From positions 62,001-126,000 of the forward strand of contig CM022673.1 of the NCBI GenBank assembly GCA_012295275.1: 64,000 bases of DNA, read 5' to 3'. The notes beneath the pieces were generated by a model that saw nothing but the letters and a program-made list of their open reading frames with translations, ran no database searches and was not told where the DNA came from. Shown here one piece after another: positions 13,701-26,231 of this stretch (within the stretch, counting starts at the first letter, position 1; every line of letters begins with the position of its first letter). The position numbers were made by a program, and so were the translations under genes. Source of the stretch: Chrysomallon squamiferum. Lineage: Eukaryota > Animalia > Mollusca.

Positions 13701-16099
13701 CTTCAACACAAGTATCCGATTTCCAACATGTACCATTTTTCCCAGAGGCATCATTACTTTTCTGACTTGAATGTCGTGATCTGCTTTCAGCTTTTGCTAT
13801 CTGCAACTGGTCTTCAATCAAAGAATTCAGTGATTTAGAAGAATTGATGCCAGTGAAGGTTTTATGTTCAGTAGGAGATGCAACTTGACTTACATTAATA
13901 CTGTTTGATGATTCTGGAGGCTGCACTGCAAAAACATTTGGTTTGGCTTTTATCACAGGTTTTGGAGCTAGTTTTGGTTTGGCTGCAGGTTTAGGTTTCA
14001 ATTTAGGCTTCTCTCCTGCAGAATATTTGGTTGCAGTTATCACATCACCATGAGCATTTCCAGCATTGTTATCACATATATTATTATCCACCTGGTGGTT
14101 CTGACTTACATCCTTTGCTAATTTTACATCAGACTCTGGAAAACATTTTCAAAGCATCCACACTTCTGGATTCATCCACAGAAGCTGATGAGCCTGAGTC
14201 TTTTCTACCAGGCCTTAATGCTATAGAAAAATCGTGCTTTTCATCTGGTACATGTGGTGGTCCTTCTCCTATTACTTCGATGTGATTTAGTGGAACTATG
14301 CCAATTCGGCCTTGGTCATCCTGTGCTCTGATCCAGTTAGGATCTAATTCCTGCAAGATAGTGACTGTGTCTCCTTCCTTGACACTCAAATCACCGTCAA
14401 CTTGAGAGTTAAAATTATGCAACACTAGACCAAATTTTTCTTGTCCCCTAGAAGCAGACTCTGGAAGAGATGAGACATTGGATGAAGTACTCCCAGTCTG
14501 ACAACTGCTGGAGTCAGAATCACTTGCTGCAGTGGCACTGGCAGTCCCAGTATCCAACACAGTGCTCTTAACACCAATAAGACTTCAGTGGTATGTGATT
14601 ATCATTTGCCTCTGCAGTACCCACTGGAACTGACTTTGTGCATGTTGAAGATAATGATTCATGAGTCTGTTCATGTTTGTTATTCACTTTTAAATCTGTT
14701 GCTTCTTGAAGAACAGATACAAGTTTATCTGTGTCAATAGTTTCATTGTGGTTATAAGCATATGGACAATCCACTATAATCTCAACATATGCAGCTGGGA
14801 AGAGACCTATTTTGCCATCTGCTTCACCTTCAATCCAGTCTGGATCAACATGCTGGATCAGTGTCACAATATCATTTTCTACAAAAGACAATTCATCCTC
14901 ATTCTGACCCACAAATGGGTACAGTGTTCGAGCGTATGGTGTGACCTCTTCATCATGAGAACGTGTATTTTCACTTGTATAAGACAAGCTTCTTGAATGA
15001 GACAAGCTGTCACTTTTATCAGTCTGTAAGACACTTGGGGGTTCAGTGGGTTTGACTGGTGATGAATGACCAGCACTGATCACCGAGCTATCAGTACCAC
15101 TTTCTAAAATATCAACACATACAGAGGACACAAGACCCTCTTTGTTACCACACTGACCAAGAAACCAGTCAGAGTCTATCACTTCTTTTATAGTTATGAA
15201 ATCACCTTTCCTGAAGCCTAGTTCACCATCTATCTGTGGAGTCACATCTACAAGAGCTCTTGCCAGCAAGGGCTCTGATATGGACATTGGTGGAGAAGAG
15301 TTTTCTGTTGTGCATGATGTCTGAGTGTTGGAACGAAAGGATTTCCTCCTGGGCTCTGCATCAAGAAAGAGTTCTCTAACACAGGTCAAGGGAAATATTC
15401 CTGTGTTTGATCCAATTTCACCTTGCCACCAGTTTTCATCAAGCTGTTTAATACCCAAAATAATAGCTCCTGTAAAATATAAATGTTAAAATATAGGCAT
15501 ATATTACACCAGAAAAGAAAAAAAAAAAAACATGATAATTTTTAAACCCCAAAATTGAAATCAAAAATGTGTTATTAAAACTGTTCATGAAATTTTTTAT
15601 AAACAAAATCAAAAGTGTTTTCTTAAAGCTTTTTTCTCAATTAATATTCCATGATATTAACCTATCATGTTCTGAAATGAGAAACTTAAAAGACAAGACA
15701 GAAAATAACTTAAAGACCAGGGATCACATGATTTCTAAATGTAACACCCATCATAATTACTGTCTTGTGCATTTGATATTAGCAGAACACAGACTCAAAA
15801 GATACACAGAAGAAGTAAAACAAACCTGTGTTCAAAGCTAAATCTCCAGCTTGTTCTGCTGGAAATTCATCAATTGCAGTGAATAGTTTCTGGCCAGGCA
15901 GGACTCTGGGCAGTGAGATGCTCTCCACAAAGTTGGTGGGAAAGTTGCCCTCAAAGCCATCTAGCTGACCACAGAGCCAGTTGTCATCGACAACACTGGT
16001 GACCTTTATGACATCACCTGCTCTCAGAGTTATCTCACCCTTCTCATTTGTGTCAAAGTCATGTAATGCTCTCACATATTGTCCTATTTTAGGTTTCAT
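1..16099 (-). CDS. DNMBP: Dynamin-binding protein (Tuba), Cdc42 GEF; 17 coding exons in window, 3' end runs off the left edge; exon 2 contains two apparent +1 frame breaks
   Basis: GT-AG exons with matching phases: 16099-15826, 15469-13077, 8231-8155, 7415-7277, 6947-6706, 6166-6043, 5554-5463, 5162-5013, 4590-4485, 4006-3876, 3609-3505, 2933-2805, 2285-2142, 1637-1458, 1046-855, 536-335, 70-<1. Translation gives N-terminal SH3 repeats (VRALHDF...NFPTNFVE; ARTLYPF...GLFPAAYVE), a Pro-rich linker, a DH domain (VIQELINTEKDYL; YCRNHD; LIKPVQRILKYPLLLNEL; INEYKRRKDL), a BAR domain (KRFDKLLDY; DYEAMNAQLLDELPKF) and a further SH3 (DPMGNKEKWFIDDG). This SH3n-DH-BAR-SH3 architecture is diagnostic of DNMBP. 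Confidence 0.93.
3135..3312. repeat. Degenerate ~30-bp tandem repeat (about 6 copies) in a DNMBP intron
   Basis: Recurring unit resembling caaataaatgtactttgtttagttattcca. Confidence 0.7.
8753..9663. mobile_element. Non-autonomous DNA transposon (911 bp) with ~155-bp terminal inverted repeats and TATA (or TA) target-site duplication
   Basis: Left end GGGTCATTCTGTGTCAAATCACCC...AAACCCGACCATCTCAGATTTTT...CTGGGATCCCACAG... mirrors right end ...CTGTGGGATCCCAG...AAAAATCTGAGATGGTCGGGTTT...GGGTGATTTGACATGGAATGACCC. Flanked by TATA at 8749-8752 and 9664-9667. No transposase ORF. Confidence 0.88.
10525..10752. repeat. Compound (TG)n/(TA)n/(AG)n/(AC)n microsatellite
   Basis: Directly visible dinucleotide tracts; they explain the spurious ORFs at 10462-10919. 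Confidence 0.95.
13077..15469 (-). CDS. DNMBP: DNMBP giant exon 2 (rest of SH3-2, SH3-3 to SH3-5 and proline-rich region), split over three reading frames
   Basis: Acceptor ttttacag|G at 15469 and donor GAAG|gtaaga at 13077 are both phase 1, but the length 2393 is 3n+2. ORFs 15458-14568, 14560-14129 and 14091-13066 are in three successive frames, each with coding character (SH3s, SH3, PxxP tracts). Confidence 0.85.
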
Positions 16100-17028
16100 C
16101 TGAAAGTGTAAAATTTCAGTTAGATTTCTTACCCTTAAATATGGTATGAAAATTGTAAATATCAGACACACATATGTATTTAATTTAGAGAGACAGACAA
16201 AGATAGATAGACAGCACTTTAAATCTGACTGTCGTTGAAACAAAATATATAAAACAATAAAAATCTTTCTTCAGATAAACACAGATTAACAAACAGCAAA
16301 CTCACCAAGTTTACAATTAGATTGATATATATTATCACACAACCATGTTTGTTTTCAAAGTTAATGCATGTGGGAATCTATAATGTGTATGTGTGTAAAC
16401 AACATTCATAAACAACAATTCTATAAACCTACATACCTCCAGTTTGAAGAGAAACAAATTCTCTTGCAAACAAAGTGTTTATTTCTCTGCTTTGTAACTG
16501 TAACCTGTATCCATTATTTTGACCTGTTTCAACACATCACTGATTTTGTTTTGTACAGGGGCAGGGAGAACTGTACTTAAAAACCATTCAACACACCCAC
16601 TTGGAAACTAACTCTAAACTGTCATCTGTAACAAAAGTCCATTTCAAATGCTTTGTCAAATGAAAATGATACCTACTGGCTAATTATTTACAATGTGTCG
16701 CTTAACAGTGAAGCACAGATATGTGCTAGACAAGTATTCAAAAACACAATACATACTGCATAATGTTGTCCACTGCTGTGGCTGAACAAAGGATTCTGCC
16801 ATTTCCCATTCTACATACCTGTATGTATGTATGCTCAATCATTCTATATTTTGTGACAATGATATGAAAACAGTTGGAAACATACAAAGTAGGTGGGTTT
16901 TTTTTTAACTAGGTGTAAAATGTTGTCAAATGATTGTAACTGAGATAAAAGTCAAAAAATGAAAGCCTGAAGTAATAAACATCTACATTTAAACCTAACA
17001 ATAGTCAGTATATATATATATATATGCT

Positions 17029-17097
<69 letters not shown>

Positions 17098-19562
17098 GTA
17101 TGCTCTGGTAAATCATTTTACATTTGAATTACACTGTTAGCTTATATAAATGAGGTTTTTTTAGATTTAAAAAGAAGATATGTTTACATTACTTAATTGT
17201 AATATGCTTGAAGCTGATTTATATTTACATCAAATTTATAATGCAATTTAATATTAATAAATATATAATACTAGATCTTTTCAAAACAAAATTTAAATGA
17301 TCGATAGACGTCAAGTGGGCCTGCCTCAAGTCAGAATGCTAATTACTGCCATCAACAGCATGTTTTTTGTTGTTACAACAAAAGTATCAATTTTTTTAAA
17401 CAACATTAACTAGTTAATAAAAACCACATGGTTAATTTATCATTCAAAACTGTATGAAGTTATATAGCATTAATATATTTTATCAGTTTTTAATTTATTT
17501 AGAATCCATTGTTTTAAATTACTGAGCACAGCATAACTAATGAACATGTTATTCATTGCCTTCCAGTTTAATATAAAACTCACCAGTTCTCAGATTTAGA
17601 TCTATATGTTAACATTCTACACTTTACAGAACTAATAAAAACAAACAGTTAGTTTAAGCTGTTATTATAGCTTGTCATTATTATCTAACACTTTTTATAC
17701 TGCAAATTAACACTGACTTTAAATCACCTTTAGGTAAGTATTTCCTAAAGAGACCTTGTGAAAAACAGGACGATGATAACAACAGCTGACAACCAATCGC
17801 ACTACAGTTCAACAGAGCAGTCCCCAACATTCCTCAACCCCCAACAGAGAACAAGAGAATTAGTGGAAGCTGACATAATCGTGGGATCAATGCTTCGTAA
17901 TCCTTTGTCGCTGCAGCTTGGTGATGATGGTAAAAAGCCATCACTTGACATTCCCAGTCCCAAGTTCAACAAGATTTAACACTGGTTGAAGATCAGAGAT
18001 ATACAAGTATCCATACACAACACAAATATCTGTACATTCAGTTTGGCCAGCAGAAAACCAGCACAACAGACAATGTCACCCAATACTTCCTTCCACAATT
18101 GTTTCTGTTTGCTAAACAAACTAAGAAAAGACCGGCACAAACAAAGAAAAAAAATGCCGGAGAGCCTGCAGATTTCAAACAATAATGACAAGTAAACACA
18201 CCTATTTGCACACACAATTTAAAATATTAAAAAAATAAAAAAATAAAAATAAAAAATGTAATTGTGTTGGGAATCATTATAATATTTATTTTTCAATTAT
18301 GAAAAAAAAAAAAGGTATTTATTTTGTGGCTTGTCATGAAGTTAATAATGCATGTAGAAGTAAAGGCTGTTATTGTATTAATAATACTCTTAATCTAGCA
18401 GAGCAATACCAGCCTTAAATCTAGATATAGTGCATGTTAACTAGAAAAATGACTGTAACATATATTTTACAAAAACATTAATTCTTATAAAGTAAATGAT
18501 TCAATTAATTTCAGCAGCTTCACTTTGAATTTGTACATTCCCAATAAAACCATTTTGTATAATCCCAATATGTTAGAAACAAATGTGTATTCAAATACAT
18601 GTGTTTGCAGTCATTAAGCATTGTGTTGTTATTTTATCCTCAAAACATGACTAATGTTTTAAAAGCCATATCTGTAAACAAAAAAATTATGAAACGAGCA
18701 TCATGGTTTCTATTAATAAAATGTACCAGTATAATAAATTTTGTTTATTTCTTTTATTTGTATAAAAAAGATTTTTCAGAAATGTTATTAATATAACAAT
18801 GAATCAGTTTTATCATAGGAACAGTATGATTACATTAATTGTATTTTATCAGTGTATAAACAATCATCATTATTGGTTCCATCATTTTTTTTTTTTTTTT
18901 TTTTTAAACTGTTAGTTTCAGTCTAACACAAAACATTTATTACTGCTGTTACCTGAACAAAGAAAATAAATTCAAATTGTATGTGTTTCTTTTATGTCTG
19001 TGTTTCTTTTATAATTCTGAAAAGACTAAAACAAACAACCACTGTTAAATTGTCTGACAAAGAATATAAGGATTACATCACCAGCTTCGTGCACAATCAA
19101 AGTATGTTTTGTACAATTGGGTGTTACTATCAGTTAAACATTTCAATAAAATTAATTGTACTATGATGTATGTGTACACTGGCTGATTCTACCATTAAAG
19201 TCATTGTCACTGTCACTCCCATACTTGTCTCATTATAGAAAACTCTCATTTTAATTTATTTGATTTTATGGTTATGAACAATATTGCACATTTTGAGTTT
19301 TATCAATGCATCAGCCATTCTTCATGAATAAATCAGTGGTAATGAAATCCTTGAATTATCCGTAAAAGATCTATTGTAAACTCCAAAATAAATTAACACA
19401 AACAACATTCCAAGCCAAATGAATACTACTTTTTAACAATATCTATGTTAATTTACTGAACCTACATGGGCTATTCTTATAATGAAAATTCCAACTTTGT
19501 TCATAATATTTAATCTGATAGTCTGAGAATGTGAAATTTTTTTACGAAATCAAGTCAAATGC

Positions 19563-19753
19563 ATATGACATCCTGACATACTATTGGGTTTTTTTCTGTT
19601 AAGTCTACTCGTTCATATATGTGTATGTATATGTGTGTGTGTTTGTATGTGTGTATATGTATACATATACATATACATATATGAATGAGTATGACATCCT
19701 GACATACTATTGTTGTTTTTTCTGTTCAGTCTACTCATTCATATATGTGTATA
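19563..19753. repeat. Local ~62-bp direct duplication separated by a TA/TG microsatellite
   Basis: atgacatcctgacatactattg...tttttctgtt(a/c)agtctactc(g/a)ttcatatatgtgtat occurs at ~19565 and ~19691. Confidence 0.85.
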
Positions 19754-19865
19754 TACAGAAGTGATATCAATCCATGTTCATTGACAATTCAGAATTTTAA
19801 TACTAACAATTATTAGATCTCATACAATTTTTATTATTATTATTATATTACTGACTTATGTACAT

Positions 19866-19940
<75 letters not shown>

Positions 19941-22091
19941 ACTGTTGTCATTCCAACTTCATTTTGTTTTCTTATTTTTCTTTTTACAATTGGCAACAAC
20001 TGTTTTCTATATATACAATATATCTTCCATAGAACAGGTAAAACATGTTCTGTTGATAAACCATTTCATTACAGCTCAGGCTAGTAGTGCACAACCACTG
20101 AGTTACATACAACCCACCACTTTCTGTTACTTTTATCACTCTGACTTATATATGCAATCCTTTTTACCAGAATGTACACTGGAAGAGATTCTTTGCAGTC
20201 TGTCACTATGGAGAGATGGTAGCACATTTCCGTTGTTAAATGTTAGCACCACAACAATCATTTACCAAACGTGTAGTTGCCCCAGCTTAAAGAATTGAAG
20301 AACATGCGCTGGAATGTCTTTAATCAAACATTTGTCTCGCCATTCCCTTAAAAAATGCATACTGGCCATTCTCTGGGAATGGTCACTTTTTAGCTATTTC
20401 TATTATTATGAGAAAAGTATAAAATAAAATAAAATAAAATAAAATATATATTTGTAGTTATTTCATTCCAGTTCGAGTGCTAAATAAATCAGACTAAATT
20501 AGCATACAAATGGAACCAAGCACATGAAGAGAGCCAGTCAGACATATTATTTGTAAATTACCAACCTCAACATAAATGAACAACAATAAAATTAAGTATT
20601 TAATGGACATATGGACTGTAATTGTAGAAATTATCAGCAGTGCTGTTAGGAAAATGGTACAAAACAATTACTGTCTTGTAAATATAATAAGAATTAATAA
20701 ATACCATTTCTTTTCTGTTATTTAATTAAATAAAATTGATCACAATTTTAGTTACTTTTCTACACTTACATGACAACAGAAATTAAATGGATTAAATTAT
20801 TTATTTATAGTATGTTTCCATTATTATCATTAATCACTAAATCATTAATTTTGCTTATATTCAAGTAATTAACATCCAATACATTTTATGGCATTGTGAA
20901 TAGTTTAATTTCCTACTTCTTTAACATTAATGAACTGTGTACAAACAATCCCCTATATATCTTATATACTGCTAACAAGACACATTAGCCTGAAGTGGCT
21001 TCAAACAAAAATAGCCTCAAGCAAAATTTATTAGCTACTGGAAATCTGTCATTGAATAAAGATATCTGCACGACTATAATTAGCGAGAGAAAAGTTAATT
21101 CATAGATAATAAGAAGTAGCCCTACCTTAAAAGAATATCAATACCAGTATATATAAATATATATATATATACACACACACATACATATATATGTATGTAA
21201 TGATTTTACAACTTTAGAAATTAAAAAGAATTATTATTGTGATATTGTTCCTTTGTTTTGTAACCAATGGTGTCAGTCCAAAAATACATGAACAGCTGTA
21301 CATACACATCTCTACAGATAAAAACCACATTATTTAATGCACATATTCTACATGTATATATATTTACAGTAATTATTTCGAGTACCTCAAGAAGCACTGC
21401 AGTATTTGCGTGCATGTGTGAACAACATTTAAATGACTTTAACATTTACCACAATACTTCTTTTCAAAATTCCATGAAATAAACTTTTAAACAGAAATGT
21501 ATTTGGCTTGGCAAAATAAATAAACCAGTAAAATAAAATGAGTGAAACAGTTTTTTAAAAGACAAAGATAAGAATACATATTTACTATAACTGGAAGCTG
21601 AAAATTAAAAATATCCCATTTGTGTAACAATGCTATGTTAATAATATTTAAATATTTTTACATAAATTACTTTAGTTAAATTCTTAATAAAATTAACTAA
21701 CTGGATATATATTTTTTTAACTTAATGTTTTTTAAACACATAGAGCAACTAAATTATTATACAAATAATACATATTACAGGATTGCATCTCCCATGATAT
21801 TATTATATTATCATAGTGGTGTTGGAATATGAACCAGAGCATATGTATATATATATCAATTAATAAGCTGATTATCTTTCACTGTCTGTTAAACTATAAA
21901 CATCAGCAATATTGTATGTCACATGAACATGTACATAATAAGAAACAGAAGATAACCTAATTATTAGATTAACTTAGATAAGTTTCATTAACATTATTTC
22001 TATGTGTTAAATGTATATAGGCAGAAAAATACTTATATGTATATTGATGTCTTTGATATTAATTATGCTAATGCATGCATATGTGTGTGTG

Positions 22092-22122
<31 letters not shown>

Positions 22123-22776
22123 ATTTATACATGCATGTTAATATAACAGATTTAAAATTAAACAAATAATTAAAAAGATGATGTTAGTAATTTAACTTGT
22201 TGGAATAATATTCTGAAATAATTTAAAAATGAATATACAAATTGATGAAAGAAAATAAAAATGCAGCTGTTTGTTGCTTTATATTTATTATGTAATGTTT
22301 TTTATGTTTCACCAAAAGCAGTAAAAACATTATTTCATCAACAATGTTTTGGCTCATTATCATTTATCATTTATTTAACATTAGAAAATAGACATCTGTA
22401 CAAGTTGAAAACGATTGCCAAAGTAAATATTATTTTGTATACTTTATTACGTAACTCTCCTGTAGGCGGCAATGTTATATTTATCATCTGCTTCCAATCA
22501 TAATTAATATTAAGCACTTACGCGTACCAAATAAAATCAATAATGGCAACAAAACATTCATGTTTTCATAATTTTACGATTCAAACAATTGCGAAATATT
22601 ATAGTTATACATATCGTACCATCGGTACATAGTACTAACAGTAAAATGTTTATGCAGTATAGTATAACTATAACCAAGTGAGACGTGTCTCAGTAACAGC
22701 TGTTTTATGATTTGCTACAAGGCTGGTGAAATATATTTATATATACGTGCTTCCGAAATAAAAAGATTATAATTAC

Positions 22777-22860
22777 CGTAAGAAAGCAAAACAATATTCA
22801 CGATAAGACATCCCACTTCCGTGACATCAAACGTAACGCCATTTCCAACCAAAGCGGCAC
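22777..22860 (-). promoter_or_regulatory. Probable DNMBP promoter and non-coding first exon
   Basis: Local CpG enrichment, ETS/GABP-type CACTTCCG (22814-22821), YY1-type CGCCATTT (22837-22844) and minus-strand donor CG|gtaatt at 22777/22776. The DNMBP ATG at 16099 directly follows an acceptor (tttcag|ATG), so an upstream exon must exist. An alternative donor (cgc|gtaagt) lies near 22521. Confidence 0.5.
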
Positions 22861-24117
22861 CTGTTGATGCAAGGGAGATAACAATATTACATTATGAATA
22901 ATAATTGTGTTTATCCTAATGTAGATATTAAACTTTGGTCAGCCTCAGGAAAATAAAATAACAATTTTTAATATTTATAGTATTGTTTTTGTTTTAATTA
23001 TAAAACATAATTAGAATAAAATGCTTAACTAATTCAGATTTGAGACTTAGTGATATAATATTTTCAAGCATTTTTTTTCAGTGTAATTGTTTTAATTTTT
23101 ACTTTTGCTTCTTTGTCGTTTTATTTTATTTTATTTTATTTTATTTTATTTTCATTTATTTTATTTTTAATGTATGTATATCCATATTTTGAATGATGTA
23201 AATTAGAAATATCTGTCCTTATAAAATAAATTAACACATTATAATACTGAATCCAAATTAAACTGAAATACAAATTTAAATAAAATATTTTTAAGATAAT
23301 TATTAATGACGTTTTATTATTTATTTATTTATTTATTTATATTAGGGTAAAGCTGCACTGGATAATTAATGCGCTAAATGAGAACTTTACTACAAGACAA
23401 AATGCATAATTAGCAAATCATTCCTAGTTTTATTATTATAGTAGCATATTTAAAATATTACATTTCGCGGTATATGAAAATTCAAATCCAATTAATTATT
23501 TTTAACGAATTCAAAATAAAATTAAAAAAAAAAAAAAAAAGAAAGAAAGAAAGAAAGAAAGAAGGAAAGAAGAATAAAAAATTAAGAACTCAACAAGAAA
23601 AAGAGGCAAGTAAACAAATAAAATGCAAAAGACACTTATTATTATCTACGTCATAATAACGTCATAACAACAATATACGCTCATTTGACAATGTCTGTTT
23701 TCGTGAACGGTAAGAATAAACTGTATAATATTATTTTCTGTAAATGTTGCATAATCCCTATACGTATGGTAAACTTAAAGCTTTCCAAATTCAGGTGATT
23801 TTTATAGTGCGTTTGAATATGTATTGGTGGGTGGGTGTGTGGATGTGTGGGTGTCAGTGTGCGTAAATTAACCTTTTTGTAAAAACATTTTATATTTTAC
23901 TTGAAATTAATTTTGAAGTTGTCGATCCTTCGTTTCAGTCCTAACGTACCCATCGTAACAGGGAGGAACCCAGATAGCCTCAAGCTTTTCCAGGTCTCTC
24001 GCCTGGTCAGATACATATGCACATTTTATATATATATATATGTTTGTAGTATGTATGTATGTATGTATGTATGTATGTATGTATGTATGTATGTATGTAT
24101 GTATGTATGTATGTATG

Positions 24118-24331
24118 AAGTGGCAAGCAGAGGTCTGGTGATGCCCGGGGCCAACTGCTTCATTGTATGCCCCCAAAGACTCCGCTATAAGGCTTAGTAC
24201 TGAGAAATATTATGAGATGAAGATATTTTGAATATGTAAACACAGATTATGTTATTTTCTCTGACTGGATGCCCCTCCATTTGGATGTTCGAGGCCACGG
24301 GCCCTTGCCCCCCCCCCTCAGCACGCAACTG
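24118..24331. mobile_element. Degenerate ~210-bp GC-rich MITE, possibly hAT-like, next to a (TATG)n tract
   Basis: Imperfect inverted ends AAGTGGCAAGC / GCACGCAACTG, internal GGGGC and GCCCC motifs and a poly-C run before the right end, as in CAGTGGCG...CGCCACTG-type elements. No clean TSD resolved. Confidence 0.5.
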
Positions 24332-24835
24332 TGTATGATATGTGTTGATGTATGCATGCGTGAGTCTATGTGCGAATGTATATGTGGGTATGAGTATGCG
24401 TGAATGTATGTTCTAGGCCTACTACTGACGTGTATATATATATCTATATGTGTGCGTGCGTGGGTGTGTGTGGCAAAGAATGCGCAATACGCCCTCATAA
24501 TATTATTTTATGGATTGTATGGATTTAAAATTATCAAGATTTTTTTTTTTTTTTTTTTTTTAAGTAGATTTAAAACACCACTTCTCCATTCGTGATACGT
24601 CTTGACTAATACGTTTCAGTTTAATATCCTTAGGCCCTGGCATAAAACGTAACAAATCCCCTTGATCGAACTAGGTGATTAAAACTGCACAAAGCTGAGC
24701 AGCAAACGTTGTTACGGGCTAAGAAAATCAAAAGAGAAGTTAGTAACAAGTAAAAGTTGAATGAGTGGCTTGTCTGTCAGACTTGACACTAACTATTGTC
24801 ATTTGTTTCCGGGTAATTCAGGTCGAGCGTGCATA

Positions 24836-25385
24836 ATGGCAGTATACGATGAATCGCGGGTGAAACTTATTCAAAGGTAAGATATATACCTTTTTTTTAT
24901 TATTATTATTATTATAAATAGTAAACTGTTTTATTATCCATTATGTGTCGTTATATCGAAATTGTTTTTTTTTTTTTTTTTTTTTCTGATACGAACATCT
25001 TTTGTCAGATTTTGTCTATCTCAGATAGATACTTTTGTATATTCTGAGAATAATATACCTATTTCGGGCCTCATTAGAATTAGCGGGATATTGAAGCAGG
25101 TGGCTTTATACATTTATAAAAAAATATATATATAGGCTATATTTCGAAGGTATCTTTTAACTTATTTTTAGTCAAAAGCTGAACATAAAATGAAAGCAAT
25201 TACTTATTATTTTATAGCAATGAATGAACCCTACTATATTTTATGGCTTTGTTTCTCAAATTAACGGTTATATAATTATATCGATATATTAACAATTATA
25301 TGTATTTATCGTGGACGGATCCAAAATTTAAAAAATGAGGGTACAATCTTTGTGATGGATATACGTTTTGCTAAACCGAGAATAA

Positions 25386-25426
<41 letters not shown>

Positions 25427-25809
25427 CACGTTGTATCCATATAATAGTATATTAATTACTATATAAAAATTTGCATTGTTTTCTTTAGAGAGTTAGGTTG
25501 ATAAGACATAAATGAATTTATTTTAATGAAATATGAAGACTTTTGAAGACACTTTGACATTTGACAGATTAACCTGAGACCTTGACGTTTTTATTTTTGT
25601 ACCTCTGTGACCTGTTTGGGCCAGTGAGTCACAGACGTGGTTTGTATAACGTGGCTAACTTTTCCTGCATTCTTTCTATTATTTGTTTTGTCATTTTTTT
25701 AATAGAGCGCTTCGTTTACACCCAGTATTGCTGTCTCTTCCAAAAAGCAAAATGTGTAAAACTTTTTTATTTTTTCTTCTGTATTTTTTTTTTTTATTCT
25801 TTCTTTCTT

Positions 25810-25846
<37 letters not shown>

Positions 25847-26231
25847 TATTTTTATTTTATTTTTTTTTTTTTTTTTTTTTTTTTTTGGTATTATTTTTTT
25901 CTCTTATTTATTTTTTTTTTTTTTTTTTTAAATGACACTTAACTCTGTCCTGAGCAAGAAAGTTATTATAGGCTGAATCACTTTTTATAAATAGCATATT
26001 GTATATATTAATGTTAGGCGGATGTTTGCAGAAGTGTTTTAAGTAGTGACAAGTATTTCGGTCTATTTTTAGAGCGGCTAGTAAATTCAGAACAGTTTTT
26101 TTTTATTATTGTTTTACTCCTTATTTTTAATAAATGATGTAGACCTATCTCTGGCGGATAATCCGTCGATATCCATCCAAATGAGGATTCTCTGGCTAGT
26201 GCAAAGGAAAATGAGACGTCAGATTTATTAA
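24836..26231 (+). other. Candidate 3-exon micro-ORF (59 aa) or spliced lncRNA
   Basis: ATG at 24836; exon 24836-24876 (AG|gtaag), 25706-25755 (ttttttaatag| ... T|gtaaaa) and 26143-26231 (gatgtag| ... TAA overlapping AATAAA). Phases 2 and 1 join in frame. No family recognised. Confidence 0.3.

Noticed and set aside
13066-16099. Calling DNMBP a pseudogene, or three separate SH3 genes
   Set aside because: All downstream DH/BAR/SH3 exons are intact and in phase, and the three ORFs abut within a single spliceable exon.
25582-25935. Poly-Phe ORFs of 117 and 82 aa
   Set aside because: Driven by a poly-T tract; only the 50-nt exon-like part 25706-25755 was kept as a candidate.
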